Shown here piece by piece: positions 1 to 11,326 of a stretch of 64,000 nucleotides of DNA. Source of the stretch: Macrostomum lignano (lineage: Eukaryota); assembly GCA_002269645.1 (NCBI GenBank), contig NIVC01000797.1, positions 124,001-188,000 on the forward strand, given 5' to 3'. Positions within the stretch are counted from its first letter, which is position 1; every line of letters starts with the position of its first letter. The notes beneath the pieces were generated by a model. That model made no database searches, was not told where the DNA came from, and saw nothing but the letters and a program-made list of their open reading frames with translations. A program made the translations under genes and the position numbers.

Positions 1-1629
1 AACTGACCATCACTGTATCCGACCATCAACTGACCATCACTGTGCCGAACCATCAACTGACCATCACTGTGCCGAACCAGCAACTGACCATCACTGTGTC
101 CGAACCAGCAACTGACCATCACTGTGCCCAACCATCAACTGACCATCACTGTGCCCCAACCATCAACTGACCATCACTGAGTCCGAACCATCAACTGACC
201 ATCACTGTATCCGACCATCAACTGACCATCACTGTGCCCAACCATCAACTGACCATCACTGTGCCCAACCATCAACTGACCATCACTGAGTCCGAACCAT
301 CAACTGACCATCACTGTATCCGACCATCAACTGACCATCACTGTGCCGAACCATCAACTGACCATCACTGTGCCCAACCATCAACTGACCATCACTGTGC
401 CCAACCATCAACTGACCATCACTGAGTCCGAACCATCAACTGACCATCACTGTGCCGAACCAGCAACTGACCATCACTGAGTCCGAACCATCAACTGACC
501 ATCACTGTATCCGACCATCAACTGACCATCACTGTGCCGAACCATCAACTGACCATCACTGTATCCGACCATCAACTGACCATCACTGTGCCGAACCATC
601 AACTGACCATCACTGTATCCGACCATCAACTGACCATCACTGTGCCGAACCATCAACTGACCGTCACTGTGCCGAACCAGCAACTGACCATCACTGTGTC
701 CGAACCAGCAACTGACCATCACTGTGCCGAACCAGCAACTGACCATCACTGTGCCCAACCATCAACTGACCATCACTGTGCCGAACCATCAACTGACCAT
801 CACTGTGTCCGAACCAGCAACTGACCATCACTGTGCCGAACCAGCAACTGACCATCACTGTGTCCGAACCAGCAACTGACTATCACTGAGTCCGAACCAT
901 CAACTGACCATCACTGTGCCGAACCAGCAACTGACCATCACTGTGCCCAACCATCAACTGACCATCACTGTGCCGAACCATCAACTGACCATCACTGTGC
1001 CCAACCATCAACTGACCATCACTGTGCCGAACCATCAACTGACCATCACTGTGCCGAACCAGCAACTGACCATCACTGTGTCCGAACCAGCAACTGACCA
1101 TCACTGTGCCGAACCATCAACTGACCATCACTGTGTCCGAACCAGCAACTGACCATCACTGAGTCCGAACCATCAACTGACCATCACTGAGTCCGAACCA
1201 TCAACTGACCATCACTGTATCCGACCATCAACTGACCATCACTGTGCCGAACCATCAACTGACCATCACTGTGCCGAACCAGCAACTGACCATCACTGTG
1301 CCCAACCATCAACTGACCATCACTGTGCCGAACCAGCAACTGACCATCACTGTGTCCGAACCAGCAACTGACCATCACTGTGTCCGAACCAGCAACTGAC
1401 CATCACTGTGCCGAACCAGCAACTGACCATCACTGTGTCCGAACCAGCAACTGACCATCACTGAGTCCGAACCATCAACTGACCATCACTGTGCCCAACC
1501 ATCAACTGACCATCACTGTGCCCAACCATCAACTGACCATCACTGTGCCCAACCATCAACTGACCATCACTGTGCCCAACCATCAACTGACCATCACTGT
1601 GCCCAACCATCAACTGACCATCACTGTGT
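1..1629. repeat. Minisatellite, 27-28 bp unit (AACTGACCATCACTGTGCCGAACCATC and variants), running off the window start
   Basis: Direct tandem copies visible throughout; ORFs 234-1697 are just translations of the unit. Confidence 0.97.
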
Positions 1630-1749
1630 CCAACTACCAATCGAAGCTCGAGAACTTTGCTGGCCATTGGGAAACAGGGATTGGAGACATCCACTGAGGC
1701 CTTTGACGTGCAAAGAGTTCTGTGCGAGTGCCTTTCGCCATTCGATTGA
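1630..1749 (+). pseudogene. 3' end of a C-type-lectin paralog with a 2-nt deletion
   Basis: Aligns to 4082-4202 (NYQSKLENFAGHWETGIGD...DVQRVLCECLSPFD*). GACATCCACT--GAGGCC versus GACTTTTACTATGAGGCC shifts the frame and creates an early TGA. Confidence 0.85.
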
Positions 1750-1768
1750 GTGGACCTGGTCTGTACAA

Positions 1769-2034
1769 AGCATATAGGGTCTAAGCATAGGGTCTAAGCA
1801 TAGGGTCTAAGCATAGGGTCTAAGCATAGGGTCTAAGCATAGGGTCTAAGCATAGGGTCTAAGCATAGGGTCTAAGCATAGGGTCTAAGCATAGGGTCTA
1901 AGCATAGGGTCTAAGCAAAGGGTCTAAGCAAAGGGTCTAAGCAAAGGGTCTAAGCATAGGGTCTAAGAAAAGGGTCTAAGCAAGGGGTCTAAGCATAGGG
2001 TCTAAGCACAGGGTCTGAGCATAGGCTCTGAGCA
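1769..2034. repeat. 13-bp tandem repeat (TAAGCATAGGGTC)
   Basis: About 20 direct copies just downstream of the lectin fragment; the same unit follows the second lectin copy. Confidence 0.95.
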
Positions 2035-2502
2035 CCAAACACTTAAAGGGAGAAATTTTCAGTAAAAATACAGAAATGCTTGCGTTATTTCTAAAAATAA
2101 AATAAAATTGAAACACATTAAATCTTTTCGGTTGAAATCGAGTCGAGTGCTAAATTCAGTTATTCATCAGTAAATTTTTGCTCTCTAATGACAGAAAACG
2201 CAGTTGCTAAAGCTTAAAACTGATTGATGTTTTCAATTAAAAAATTACTTAGGAATCCATTGCTTTAGTCAATGGTTTCAATCTGAAATTTAAATTCACA
2301 ATATAACGCGTCAATTTGCTATAGGCAACTGAGATTTTGCTACAAATTTAACGGCAAGAGGTCTGTTGACTAGAAACATTGAAGGTCTGCTGCATATATT
2401 TCTGCAGATTTTTCTGTAAGCCTGTGGCTGACCCTGTCCCTCGAAATTTTGCCTTCGATGCCAGGGAATCACTCTGATCAGTGATTCAACAAAATCCATT
2501 GA

Positions 2503-2560
2503 TACCTGTGCATCAGGAGCGACTTCATTGAGACTCCAGATGGCTCGCACTCTGAGATCG
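2503..2560 (+). pseudogene. Isolated 58-bp fragment of the lectin gene PAN-domain region
   Basis: TACCTGTGCATCAGGAGCGACTTCATTGAGACTCCAGATGGCTCGCACTCTGAGATCG is nearly identical to 3534-3591. Confidence 0.85.
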
Positions 2561-3437
2561 CGAGCCATCTCCCAACCTCCCAACGGCAGACTGGGAACTG
2601 TCAGATTGGGACCAGTGACAAGACGTCACAGAGATTAGCAAACAAAATGATTCTTTGACATGTTTTTTTAGCAATAATCGCCTTAAACACTTAATTGCGT
2701 TACATCTCAACGTCGCTACAAGAAACATATTCTGTAGCATTTTAACCCCCCTTTCAGAGGTAGCTGAGACTAGCTGTCTGCTTTTCACTGAGATTTAAGC
2801 AACAAATTCATGCCAATCTCAGCTCAATTTCAGCTCACTTCTGTCGCATTTTCAATTGTGCTGAAAATCTGCATGGATTAAAAACATTTATCCTGTCAGT
2901 TGAGTCAACCCGCTTGAAGGCTATTCGCTCACGAGAAACAGCCACCCACGGCTTCATTGTCAAATATCTTAGACAGTCAGCCGCAGCTAAGGCAGCTAAG
3001 ACGATTAAATTCATGCATTCAGCTCAGTAGAATGAATTCGCAGACAAAACAAAATAGCTGCAAAAATACTGCTTTTAGGCTGATAGCTGATGGCGTGTGA
3101 ATGTGTTAAGCTGGCTGCAATATCTCAAATATTCCACATCTAACGCGCAAATTTGTTTCATAAAGACGGCTCTGAGCTAAAATTTCACTTCGAAGGGAAT
3201 AGCTTTGATAAAGCAGGTACTCGAAACAATAAAAGCACTTAAATAATCCCTACTAAGTGCTTTGGTTTAATTGGAAATTGATTGCAAGGAAAACATTTTT
3301 TCATTGATCAACGGTTGCCTCTAGTAGCTAGCGCATAAAAATTTCTCGATTCATCGAGTTATCGATAGCTCAGTAAAAGAGCCGCCGAAAGAAGCATAGT
3401 AGAAGAGCTGCTAGAAGCACTTTGGCTTGAGACAGAC

Positions 3438-4202
3438 ATGTCGCTGGGAGTCCCGCTATGTCTGCTGGTCCTGCTACTCGCTGCTCTGCCGCCGCTGGGC
3501 AACGCATCCGGCTCCTTCAGCCTCATCGAAGGCTACCTGTGCATCAGGAGCGACTTCATTGAAACTCCAGGTGGCTCGCACTCTGAGATCGGCTGTGCCG
3601 CTCTGTGCAGCCGCAACCCGCGCTGTCAGGCGTTCGGCCTGGCTGACGGTCCGTGCCAGCTGTTCGTGTTCGACAAGTGCAGCAAGTCGGTGAGGGACTG
3701 CGGCTGCTCCAGGAGAGGCCGGGTGTTTGTGAAGCAGCAGCCGGGACTCGAGGCGGGCGCGCTGTGTCCGTCTGGCTACGGAGACGACCTGTGCGGAGTG
3801 AAGTACAAGACGCATCATGTTACCAGCCCGGCAATCATGAGCTGGTACAATGGCAGAGACAGGTGCAACAGTGACGAAGGCTTAGCGATGATGTCGGACA
3901 TTACCAGCGAGACGGAGAACCAGCACATGCAGTTGCTGTTCGCCAAGTACATGACAGGAATCGGAGGCATGTTTCTCGGCGGAGCTCAGGCTCCTGGCAG
4001 TGCTGAACCGGCTGGCGGCTGGAGCTGGCAGCCCTGCAACATCTCCATCGATGCCAGTCTGTGAACAGCTGGTCAGCCTGGAAACTACAAACCGGAATTC
4101 GAGAACTTTGCTGGCCAGTGGGGAACAGGAATTGGAGACTTTTACTATGAGGCCTTCGACGTGCAAGGAGTTCTGTGCGAGTGCCTGTCGCCGTTCGACT
4201 GA
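3438..4202 (+). CDS. Intronless secreted PAN/apple + C-type lectin-like protein, interrupted by an in-frame TGA at 4062-4064 (possible pseudogene)
   Basis: Hydrophobic signal peptide; PAN-like CAALCSRNPRCQAF...CQL; CTLD motifs CPSGY, WYNGRDRC, FLGG, WSW. The frame continues past the TGA as TAGQPGN...EN...VLCEC to a TGA at 4200-4202. Confidence 0.8.
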
Positions 4203-4221
4203 GTTGACCCGAAGCATTGAG

Positions 4222-4625
4222 CCTGAGCATAGGGTGACAGGGTCTGAGCATAGGGTCTGAGTAAAAGGTCTGAGCATAGGGTCTGAGCAAAAGGTCTGAG
4301 CATAGGGTCTAAAATTTCTCGATTCATCGAGTTATCGATAGATAGCTCAGTAAAACAGCCGCCGAAAGAAGCATAGTAGAAGCTGCTAGAAGCACTTTGG
4401 CTTGAGACAGACATGTCGCTGGGAGTCTATATGCATAGGGTCTAAGCATAGGGTCTAAGCACAGGGTCTAAGCATAAGGGTGTAAGCATAAGGGTCTAAG
4501 CATAGGGTCTAAGCACAGGGTCTAAGCATAAGGGTCTATATTAAGCATAAGGGTCTCCTAAGGGTCTAAGCATAAGGGTCTAAGCATAGGGTCTAAGCAT
4601 AGGGTCTCAGCATAGGGTCTCAGCA
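4222..4625. repeat. 13-bp tandem repeat (AGCATAGGGTCT[A/G]) interrupted by a captured 117-bp segment
   Basis: Copies at 4222-4310 and 4430-4625; 4311-4427 duplicates 3338-3452. Confidence 0.92.
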
Positions 4626-4927
4626 CCCGCATGTAACAATATGCATGTACGAACTACACTATATTCAGTTTACCGAAGAGGTAATGCAGATTATGAATTA
4701 CTTACTAGAGGCCTCGCCCTTGATACATATTGCAGTGCCCCGTTTTTATCTTCTGTTGTCAGTACGTGCTTGCAATCTTAATTATAGTTTTGTTATTTCT
4801 GTCTAATTCATTCTATCCTATTTAACAATTTATTCTTGTTCAAATATTGATGTCTCTCTGTGACAAAAAATTTATAAGAATTGTTTCTAAGTCTAAATTT
4901 GAGATTTGAGATTTGAGAATTTGAGAA

Positions 4928-5145
4928 GTCGATACATATCGGCTTTGTTTCTGCAATTTTAATATTTTCGATACATATCGGCTTTGTTTCTGCAATTTTA
5001 ATAGTTTTCGATACATATCGGCTTTGTTTCTGCAGTTTTATTTGTTTTCGATACATATCGGCTTTCTTTCTGCAATTTTATTTGTTTTCGATACATATCG
5101 GCTTTATTTCTGCAGTTTTACATTTTTCGATACATATCGGCTTTC
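4928..5145. repeat. About 39-bp tandem repeat (TTCGATACATATCGGCTTTGTTTCTGCAATTTTA...), about 6 copies
   Basis: Direct copies beginning about 16 nt downstream of the M6PR-like stop codon. Confidence 0.92.
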
Positions 5146-5160
5146 ACTAGTTAAATACTA

Positions 5161-8100
5161 CTAGATGCTATCGTAGGACTCTCCGCCGCCTCGCCTGCAC
5201 CTGCCAGCCAGCAGGCGTTTCAGTTCGAGAAAGGTGAAAACTGCGCCATCAGCTGCCAACCCGGGCAGTGACATCCAGAACTCCAAATTGGGCACCATCT
5301 GGAGCCCGGATCGTTGTCTCGAATAGCGGTTGAACAATATCCCAGCCAGCAAGTAGACGGTGACCAGACAGAAGAAAATGATAAGTAGTACATCTCCGCC
5401 GCTCATGCCTCCTCCGTTTGACCCGTCTGTGGCTGTCGGACAGGCATAGCGGCTTCTCAAATCCATAGTTAGCTGGTTGCCGGAGGCGCCCTGCGTGCTC
5501 ACTGACGACTCTGCTGAGTCTGCAGAGGAAAATTATCAAAACTTTATGCCAAGTTTTATACATTCAGACCAGTCGCAAAGAAGGACGCTTGCAATTGCGA
5601 TTGCTTTCTCTGCACTGTTTCTACCACTGCAGGGGGCTAATTGTAGCCTAGTGGTTGGAGCGTCGGTCCCACGACTGAAAGGTCGGGAGTTCGATCATCG
5701 ACCCACTCGGAACTATTTTGTGTCCTTAAGCAAGACACTTAACTCTGCATTGCGTCAGTTCACCCAGCATTAGCTGGGATAATTGAGGGTGTGTGCGTGG
5801 CGACCCCCCCCCCCCCAGTCCTTAGACTGAACAGCCGTACGCAGCCTTAGTCAATTAGCCTTAGTCAATTAGGGCAGCTGTAGTCAATTATTATTAATAA
5901 TAATATTAATATATTCTAGCACCAGATTTACGAGAACAATATCCTCGCATTCAGAAGTTCCGAAAGTCTCAGCTGCAAATTAATCCAAAATGAATGAGAG
6001 TCAGACGAGAAAAAAATTAGGGTCAGACTAATAAAGAATGAGAGCTATACAAGTGGATTGAAATTACTCACTTTTATCGCAAACCAAGTTAACAGTTGTA
6101 GTTCGGGTCGAATCTCCACTGAGATAGCGGAGGTACAACTGACTGTTGGTTGGGTCGATACCAAACTTGGCAGACTTTTGCGCTCCAAAGTCTGTGTATG
6201 TCTGTGTAAATCCGAATGTGAATAGGCAGGTGGCTCATTTGAAATGAACTGAGAAACCCACTGAAGACACCTGAAAGGAACTGGGAAGCACGTTGAAGAC
6301 ACACCTGAACTGAACTGGGAAAACTCGCTGAGTACACACCTAACATGAATTAGGACACCCGCTGAAGACACCCCTGAAGAGAACTGGGGAAACTCGCTGA
6401 AGACACCCCTGGAGAGAACTGGGGAAACTCGCTGAAGATACCCCTGAAGAGAACTGGGAAACTCGCTGAAGACACCTGAAGTGAACTGGGAAACCACCTG
6501 AAGACACCCCTGAAGAGAACTGGGAAACTCGCTGAAGACACCCCTGAAGAGAACTGGGAAACTCACTGAAGACACCCCTGAAGAGAACTGGGAAACTCAC
6601 TGAAGACATCCCTGAAGAGAACTGGAAAACTCGCTGAAGACACCCCTGAAGAGAACTGGGAAACTCACTGAAGACATCCCTGAAGAGAACTGGGAAACTC
6701 GCTGAAGACACCTGAAGAGAACTGGGAAACCCGCTGAAGACACCTGAAGAGAACTGGGAAACTCGCTGAAGACACCTGAAGAGAACTGGGAAACCACTGA
6801 AGACACACCTGAAAAGAACTGGGAAGCACGCTGAAGACACACCTGAAAAGAACTGGGAAGCACGCTGAAGACGCACCTGAAGTGAACTGGGAAACCACCT
6901 GAAGATACACCTGAAGAGAACTGGAAAACTCGCTGAAGACACCCCTGAAGAGAACTGGGAAACCAGCTGAAGACACACCTGAAGAGAACTGGGAAGCACG
7001 CTGAAGACACCTGAAGTGAACTGGGAAACCACCTGAAGATACACCTGAAGAGAACTGGAAAACTCGCTGAAGACACCCCTGAAGAGAACTGGGAAACCAG
7101 CTGAAGACACACCTGAAGAGAACTGGGAAGCACGCTGAAGACACGTGAAGTGAACTGGGAAACCACCTGAAGATACACCTGAAGAGAACTGGGAAACTCG
7201 CTGAAGACACCCCTGAAGAGAACTGGGAAACTCACTGAAGACACGTGAAGTGAACTGGGAAACCACCTGAAGATACACCTGAAGAGAACTGGGAAACTCG
7301 CTGAAGACACCCCTGAAGAGAACTGGGAAACTCACTGAAGACACCCCTGAAGAGAACTGGGAAACTCACTGAAGACACCTGAAGAGAACTGGAAACTCGC
7401 TGAAGACACCCCTGAAGAGAACTGGGAAACTCACTGAAGACATCCCTGAAGAGAACTGGGAAACTCGCTGAAGACACCCTGAAGAGAACTGGGAAACCGC
7501 TGAAGACACCTGAAAGAACTGGGAAACCACTGAAGACACACCTGAAGAGAACTGGGAAGCACGCTGAAGACACACCTGAAAAGAACTGGGAAGCACGCTG
7601 AAGACGCACCTGAAGAGAACTGGGAAACCCGCTGAAGACACCTGAAGTGAACTGGGAAACCACCTGAAGACACCTGAAGAGAACTGGGAAACCCGCTGAA
7701 CACACCTGAAGAGAACTGGGAAACCCGCTGAAGACACCTGAAGTGAACTGGGAAACCACCTGAAGACACACCTGAAGAGAACTGGGAAACCCGCTGAACA
7801 CACCTGAAGAGAACTTGGGAAACCCGCTGAAGACACCTGAAGTGAACTGGGAAACCACCTGAAGACACCCTGAAGAGAACTGGGAAACTCGCTGAAGACA
7901 CCCTGAAGAGAACTGGGAAACTCGCTGAAGACACCTGAAGAGAACTGGGAAACTCGCTGAAGACACCCTGAAGAGAACTGGGAAACTCGCTGAAGACACC
8001 TCTGAAGAGAACTGGGAAACTCGCTGAAGATACACTTGAAGAACTGGGAAACCGCTGAAAACACCCTGAAGAGAACTGGGAAACTCGCTGAAGACATCCC

Positions 8101-8828
8101 TGAAGAGAACTGGGAAACTCGCTGAAGACAACCCTGAAGAGAACTGGGAAACTCGCTGAAGACACCTCTGAAGAGAACTGGGAAACTCGCTGAAGATACA
8201 CTTGAAGAACTGGGAAACCAGCTGAAACACCCCTGAAGAGAACTGGGAAACTCGCTGAAGACACCCCTGAAGAGAACTGGGAAACTCGCTGAAGACACCC
8301 CTGAAGAGAACTGGGAAACTCGCTGAAGATACACTTGAACCGAACTGGGAAACCAGCTGAAGACACACCTGAAGAGAACTGGGGAAACTCGCTGAAGACA
8401 CCCCTGAAGAGAACTGGGAAACTCGCTGAAGATACACTTGAACCGAACTGGGAAACCACCTGAAGATACACCCTAACCATAAAGCAAGGATTTTCACTCA
8501 CATAGATAATGCGAAGCATTTCCTGGCAAACTGCGGCATCAGTTTGGCCAGAGCCGCACTGGAACGGCAGGCAGGGATTAAACTGATAAGTATACCCATC
8601 TGCCGCTTTATAGTTAAACGCCGGACCAGGTGTTGACTGTAGCGGTGACAAATCAATAAACTGGCCGTCCGTGAGTCGACACGAGCAACTGCTGAGCTGC
8701 TCAGCGCACACCGCCGCAGCTGCCGATACTGTTGGCGGCGAGGCCTTTGATGTGGCTGTAATTAATACTGCCATCAACTGCGTAGCCAGTAGGCGCAGGT
8801 TGAAATATAAAGGATTCATGACTATCAA
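5161..8828 (-). CDS. MRH-domain type I membrane protein, M6PR/ATG27-like; exons 8828-8502, 6201-6072, 5519-5161
   Basis: Signal peptide; YQFNPC...AAVCQ; exon 2 YTDFGAQKSAKF...LYLRYLSGDSTRTTTVNLVCDK; DLRSRYACP; TM GDVLLIIFFCLVTVYLLAGILFNR; VPNLEFWMSLPGL; C-terminal YDSI. Donors GTGAGT (8501, 6071) and CAG acceptors give consistent phases 0 and 1. Confidence 0.88.
5632..5910 (+). mobile_element. tRNA-derived SINE in intron 2 of the M6PR-like gene
   Basis: A-box TAGCCTAGTGG (5644-5654), B-box GGAGTTCGATC (5686-5696), CORE-like GTGTCCTTAAGCAAGACACTTAACTCT (5720-5746), tail of TTAGTCAATTAG repeats and (ATT/AAT)n. Confidence 0.75.
6240..8472. repeat. About 33-bp minisatellite (GAAGAGAACTGGGAAACTCGCTGAAGACACCCCT) filling intron 1
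   Basis: Continuous tandem copies; source of the many SSQFSSGV-type ORFs. Confidence 0.97.
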
Positions 8829-9204
8829 ATACAGTATGTCGTCACCTTTGAATGCCCAACCATTTAAATGGACTTGGCCCTTAATCAGTTCATTTTAAAT
8901 CTCATGCCAGATAAGAATTTGGCTAATATATTTATTTACCTGTGCTAACTTGTACAGAGCCAGAGCGCGGACAAGGTACAAGTAAACTTTCAGTGTACAG
9001 TATCGATAAAATGTGCGTCATGCAGGTGCATGCATGCAGTAGATGAGCCTCCCTTTAGCAATCTATTAATATAGCATTTTCTGCCGAACCTTGCACACTC
9101 ATCTGATTTACATGTACATCATTCTGAACAAGTATATTTTACTGCACACCGGATGTGAGCTTCTAGGTTTACCTTGCAAACCATTTTCCATGCTGAGGAC
9201 CTCA

Positions 9205-9565
9205 AACATCTGGTCTACCTTAGAACCCAAACCTTAAGCACCTGGTCTACCTTAGAACCCAAACCTTAAACACCTGGTCTATCTTAGAACCCAAACCTTA
9301 AGCACCTGGTCTACCTTAGAACCCAAACCTTAAACACCTGGTCTACCTTAGAACCCAAACCTTAAGCACCTGGTCTACCTTAGAACCCAAACCTTAAGCA
9401 CCTGGTCTATCTTAGAACCCAAACCTTAAGCACCTGGTCTACCTTAGAACCCAAACCTTAAGCACCTGGTCTACCTTAGAACCCAAACCTTAAGCAACTG
9501 GTCTACCTTAGAACCCGAACCTTAAGCACCTGGTCTACCTTAGAACCCGAACCTTAAGCACCTGG
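9205..9565. repeat. 32-bp tandem repeat (ACCTGGTCTACCTTAGAACCCAAACCTTAAGC)
   Basis: About 11 direct copies, period 32. Confidence 0.95.
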
Positions 9566-10658
9566 TTCACTTTGGAACCTAGGTCAGTTCCGAATAACTA
9601 TTTTAAATATTCAATATTCCGAAGTCCTCATAAAATGATACACGGGTACTCGTATGATTAAAAACTAACACGCAAAACATAGATTAGCCAGCCATATATA
9701 ACAATTAGGATTTTTCGAACTTATTGAGTCATCAATAAAACAGGAATTATTTATTCATTGATTAGAAAACATAATAAATAAATTTATTAAATATACTTCA
9801 TTCTCTGATATTAGCAACGAATTATAGGTAAAACTGGGTGGAATAGGCTTGAAAATCTTACTTTAAAAAAGCACTGTGTAATGCGACAACGCACCGAAAA
9901 GACTTAGAAAAACTGAGATTTTTTCTGTTGCCCACAAAGTACATGTAGACTATGACATACCGACAGATAGACATGCTAGAGAGTCAGCGCATTGTTGATA
10001 TTGAAGCAGGGCGGCGGCGGCGGGGGCGGCGCAGGAAAGAGACGCGTTAAAACAAACGATATTTTCTAAGAAACCCAAAACCGAACTGATATATTCTATT
10101 TAATATTAATTTATTTAAAACAATCATTTTCTTATTAACCAATGCAGCATGATCGACAAATACTACTCGAAAAAACATTGTAAAACTAGCAATTCAGTAG
10201 CAATATTAGAAAATCAGATGATGAAAGCCAAAAGAAAAATTATTTATTGGGCAAATCTGGCGAAGCTACTTAAGCAGAACTTCGAGAAAAATTGCAGATC
10301 AGGCAAATCACTTAAACGAAATTTATAGTGTGCAAAAATATTCAGCAGCACGTTTTCAGTGCAAAATTGAAGTTCAATAATCATTACTTTGGTTATATTA
10401 TATGCATAAAATAACATGCAATCAGAATTGGGAATCAATAGGGCAGGACAGCACCTGGACACGGTTTTAGTGAATACAAACTAGCTAATTAATTATGCGT
10501 AGCAAAATTACTCGGATAATTAACTGTCGAAATGAAATAAAAAATATTTACGAACAGCTTTAATAGTTTGATAAGCAAATTTATCCGTATTGAAAACTCA
10601 ATTAAGATATGATTTTAATTTTAGCACAGTGGCATTTGACGTTCACAGATACTGGAAT

Positions 10659-11086
10659 AACTAGATTGGCCACTCAGCACATTTGCGTGTAAGCTACTTT
10701 CAGTTCAGTAGTAAGTTAAACAGAAGCATTTTATTGTCTTTTTAAAGCCAAGGCTCATTTATTGGCTCTACCACCCCCAGCCCAGCTTAAACCCTCCAAC
10801 CGCGCCTTTCCACTCTACCCCCCGCCCCGCCGGCTCCAATTTTATTGCCTTTCTCGGAATTCCAGCCTAAAGCTGCCATGTACATTTCAGTGGACTGGCC
10901 AATGTACATTATTGCTGAACCAATTAGAAAGCTGTTTACGCCTGGAAGGTTGGGCTTCTAAACTTATCAAATTCATTACAACTGCCTTTATTTTTATAAA
11001 ATAACTTTATTCTTTCTTTGCTACTGAACTACTGAAAGTAGAAAGCTGTTTTACTAAGCATACATGCCCGAGCGGCCCATCTAGTT
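10659..11086. mobile_element. MITE-like element, copy 1, with imperfect ~15-bp TIRs ACTAGAT(T/G)GGCC(A/G)CTC flanked by TA
   Basis: Left end TA|ACTAGATTGGCCACTC, right end GAGCGGCCCATCTAGT|TA; an inverted homologous copy lies at about 54000-54405. Confidence 0.7.
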
Positions 11087-11326
11087 ATTTTAAAACCTGT
11101 GTTTCTGACAGGAGGTTTTAAGCAAGAATTGTTCAGTCTGATTCTAGGAAAACGTTTTGAAGGCTGGATTTGATGTCTTTCTCATTAATTTAAGCATAAA
11201 TTTCTTAATGTGAATTAAAAGTTAAATTTCCAGCCTTCAATACGTGTTTTTTCGCACAAATTAAAACAAAAAACTGTTCACTTTAATTTCAATATAATAA
11301 CCGACTGCAGCCGCTGCACATCACTG

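Noticed and set aside
4062-4064. TGA as selenocysteine or as a nuclear code reassignment
   Set aside because: The position corresponds to Trp, not Cys, and no SECIS was recognised. MNS1, PRDX4 and the Ig-like gene use TGA as a real terminator.
5632-5705. Functional tRNA gene
   Set aside because: A and B boxes are present, but there is no clean acceptor stem or T-run terminator, and the sequence continues into a SINE body and tail.
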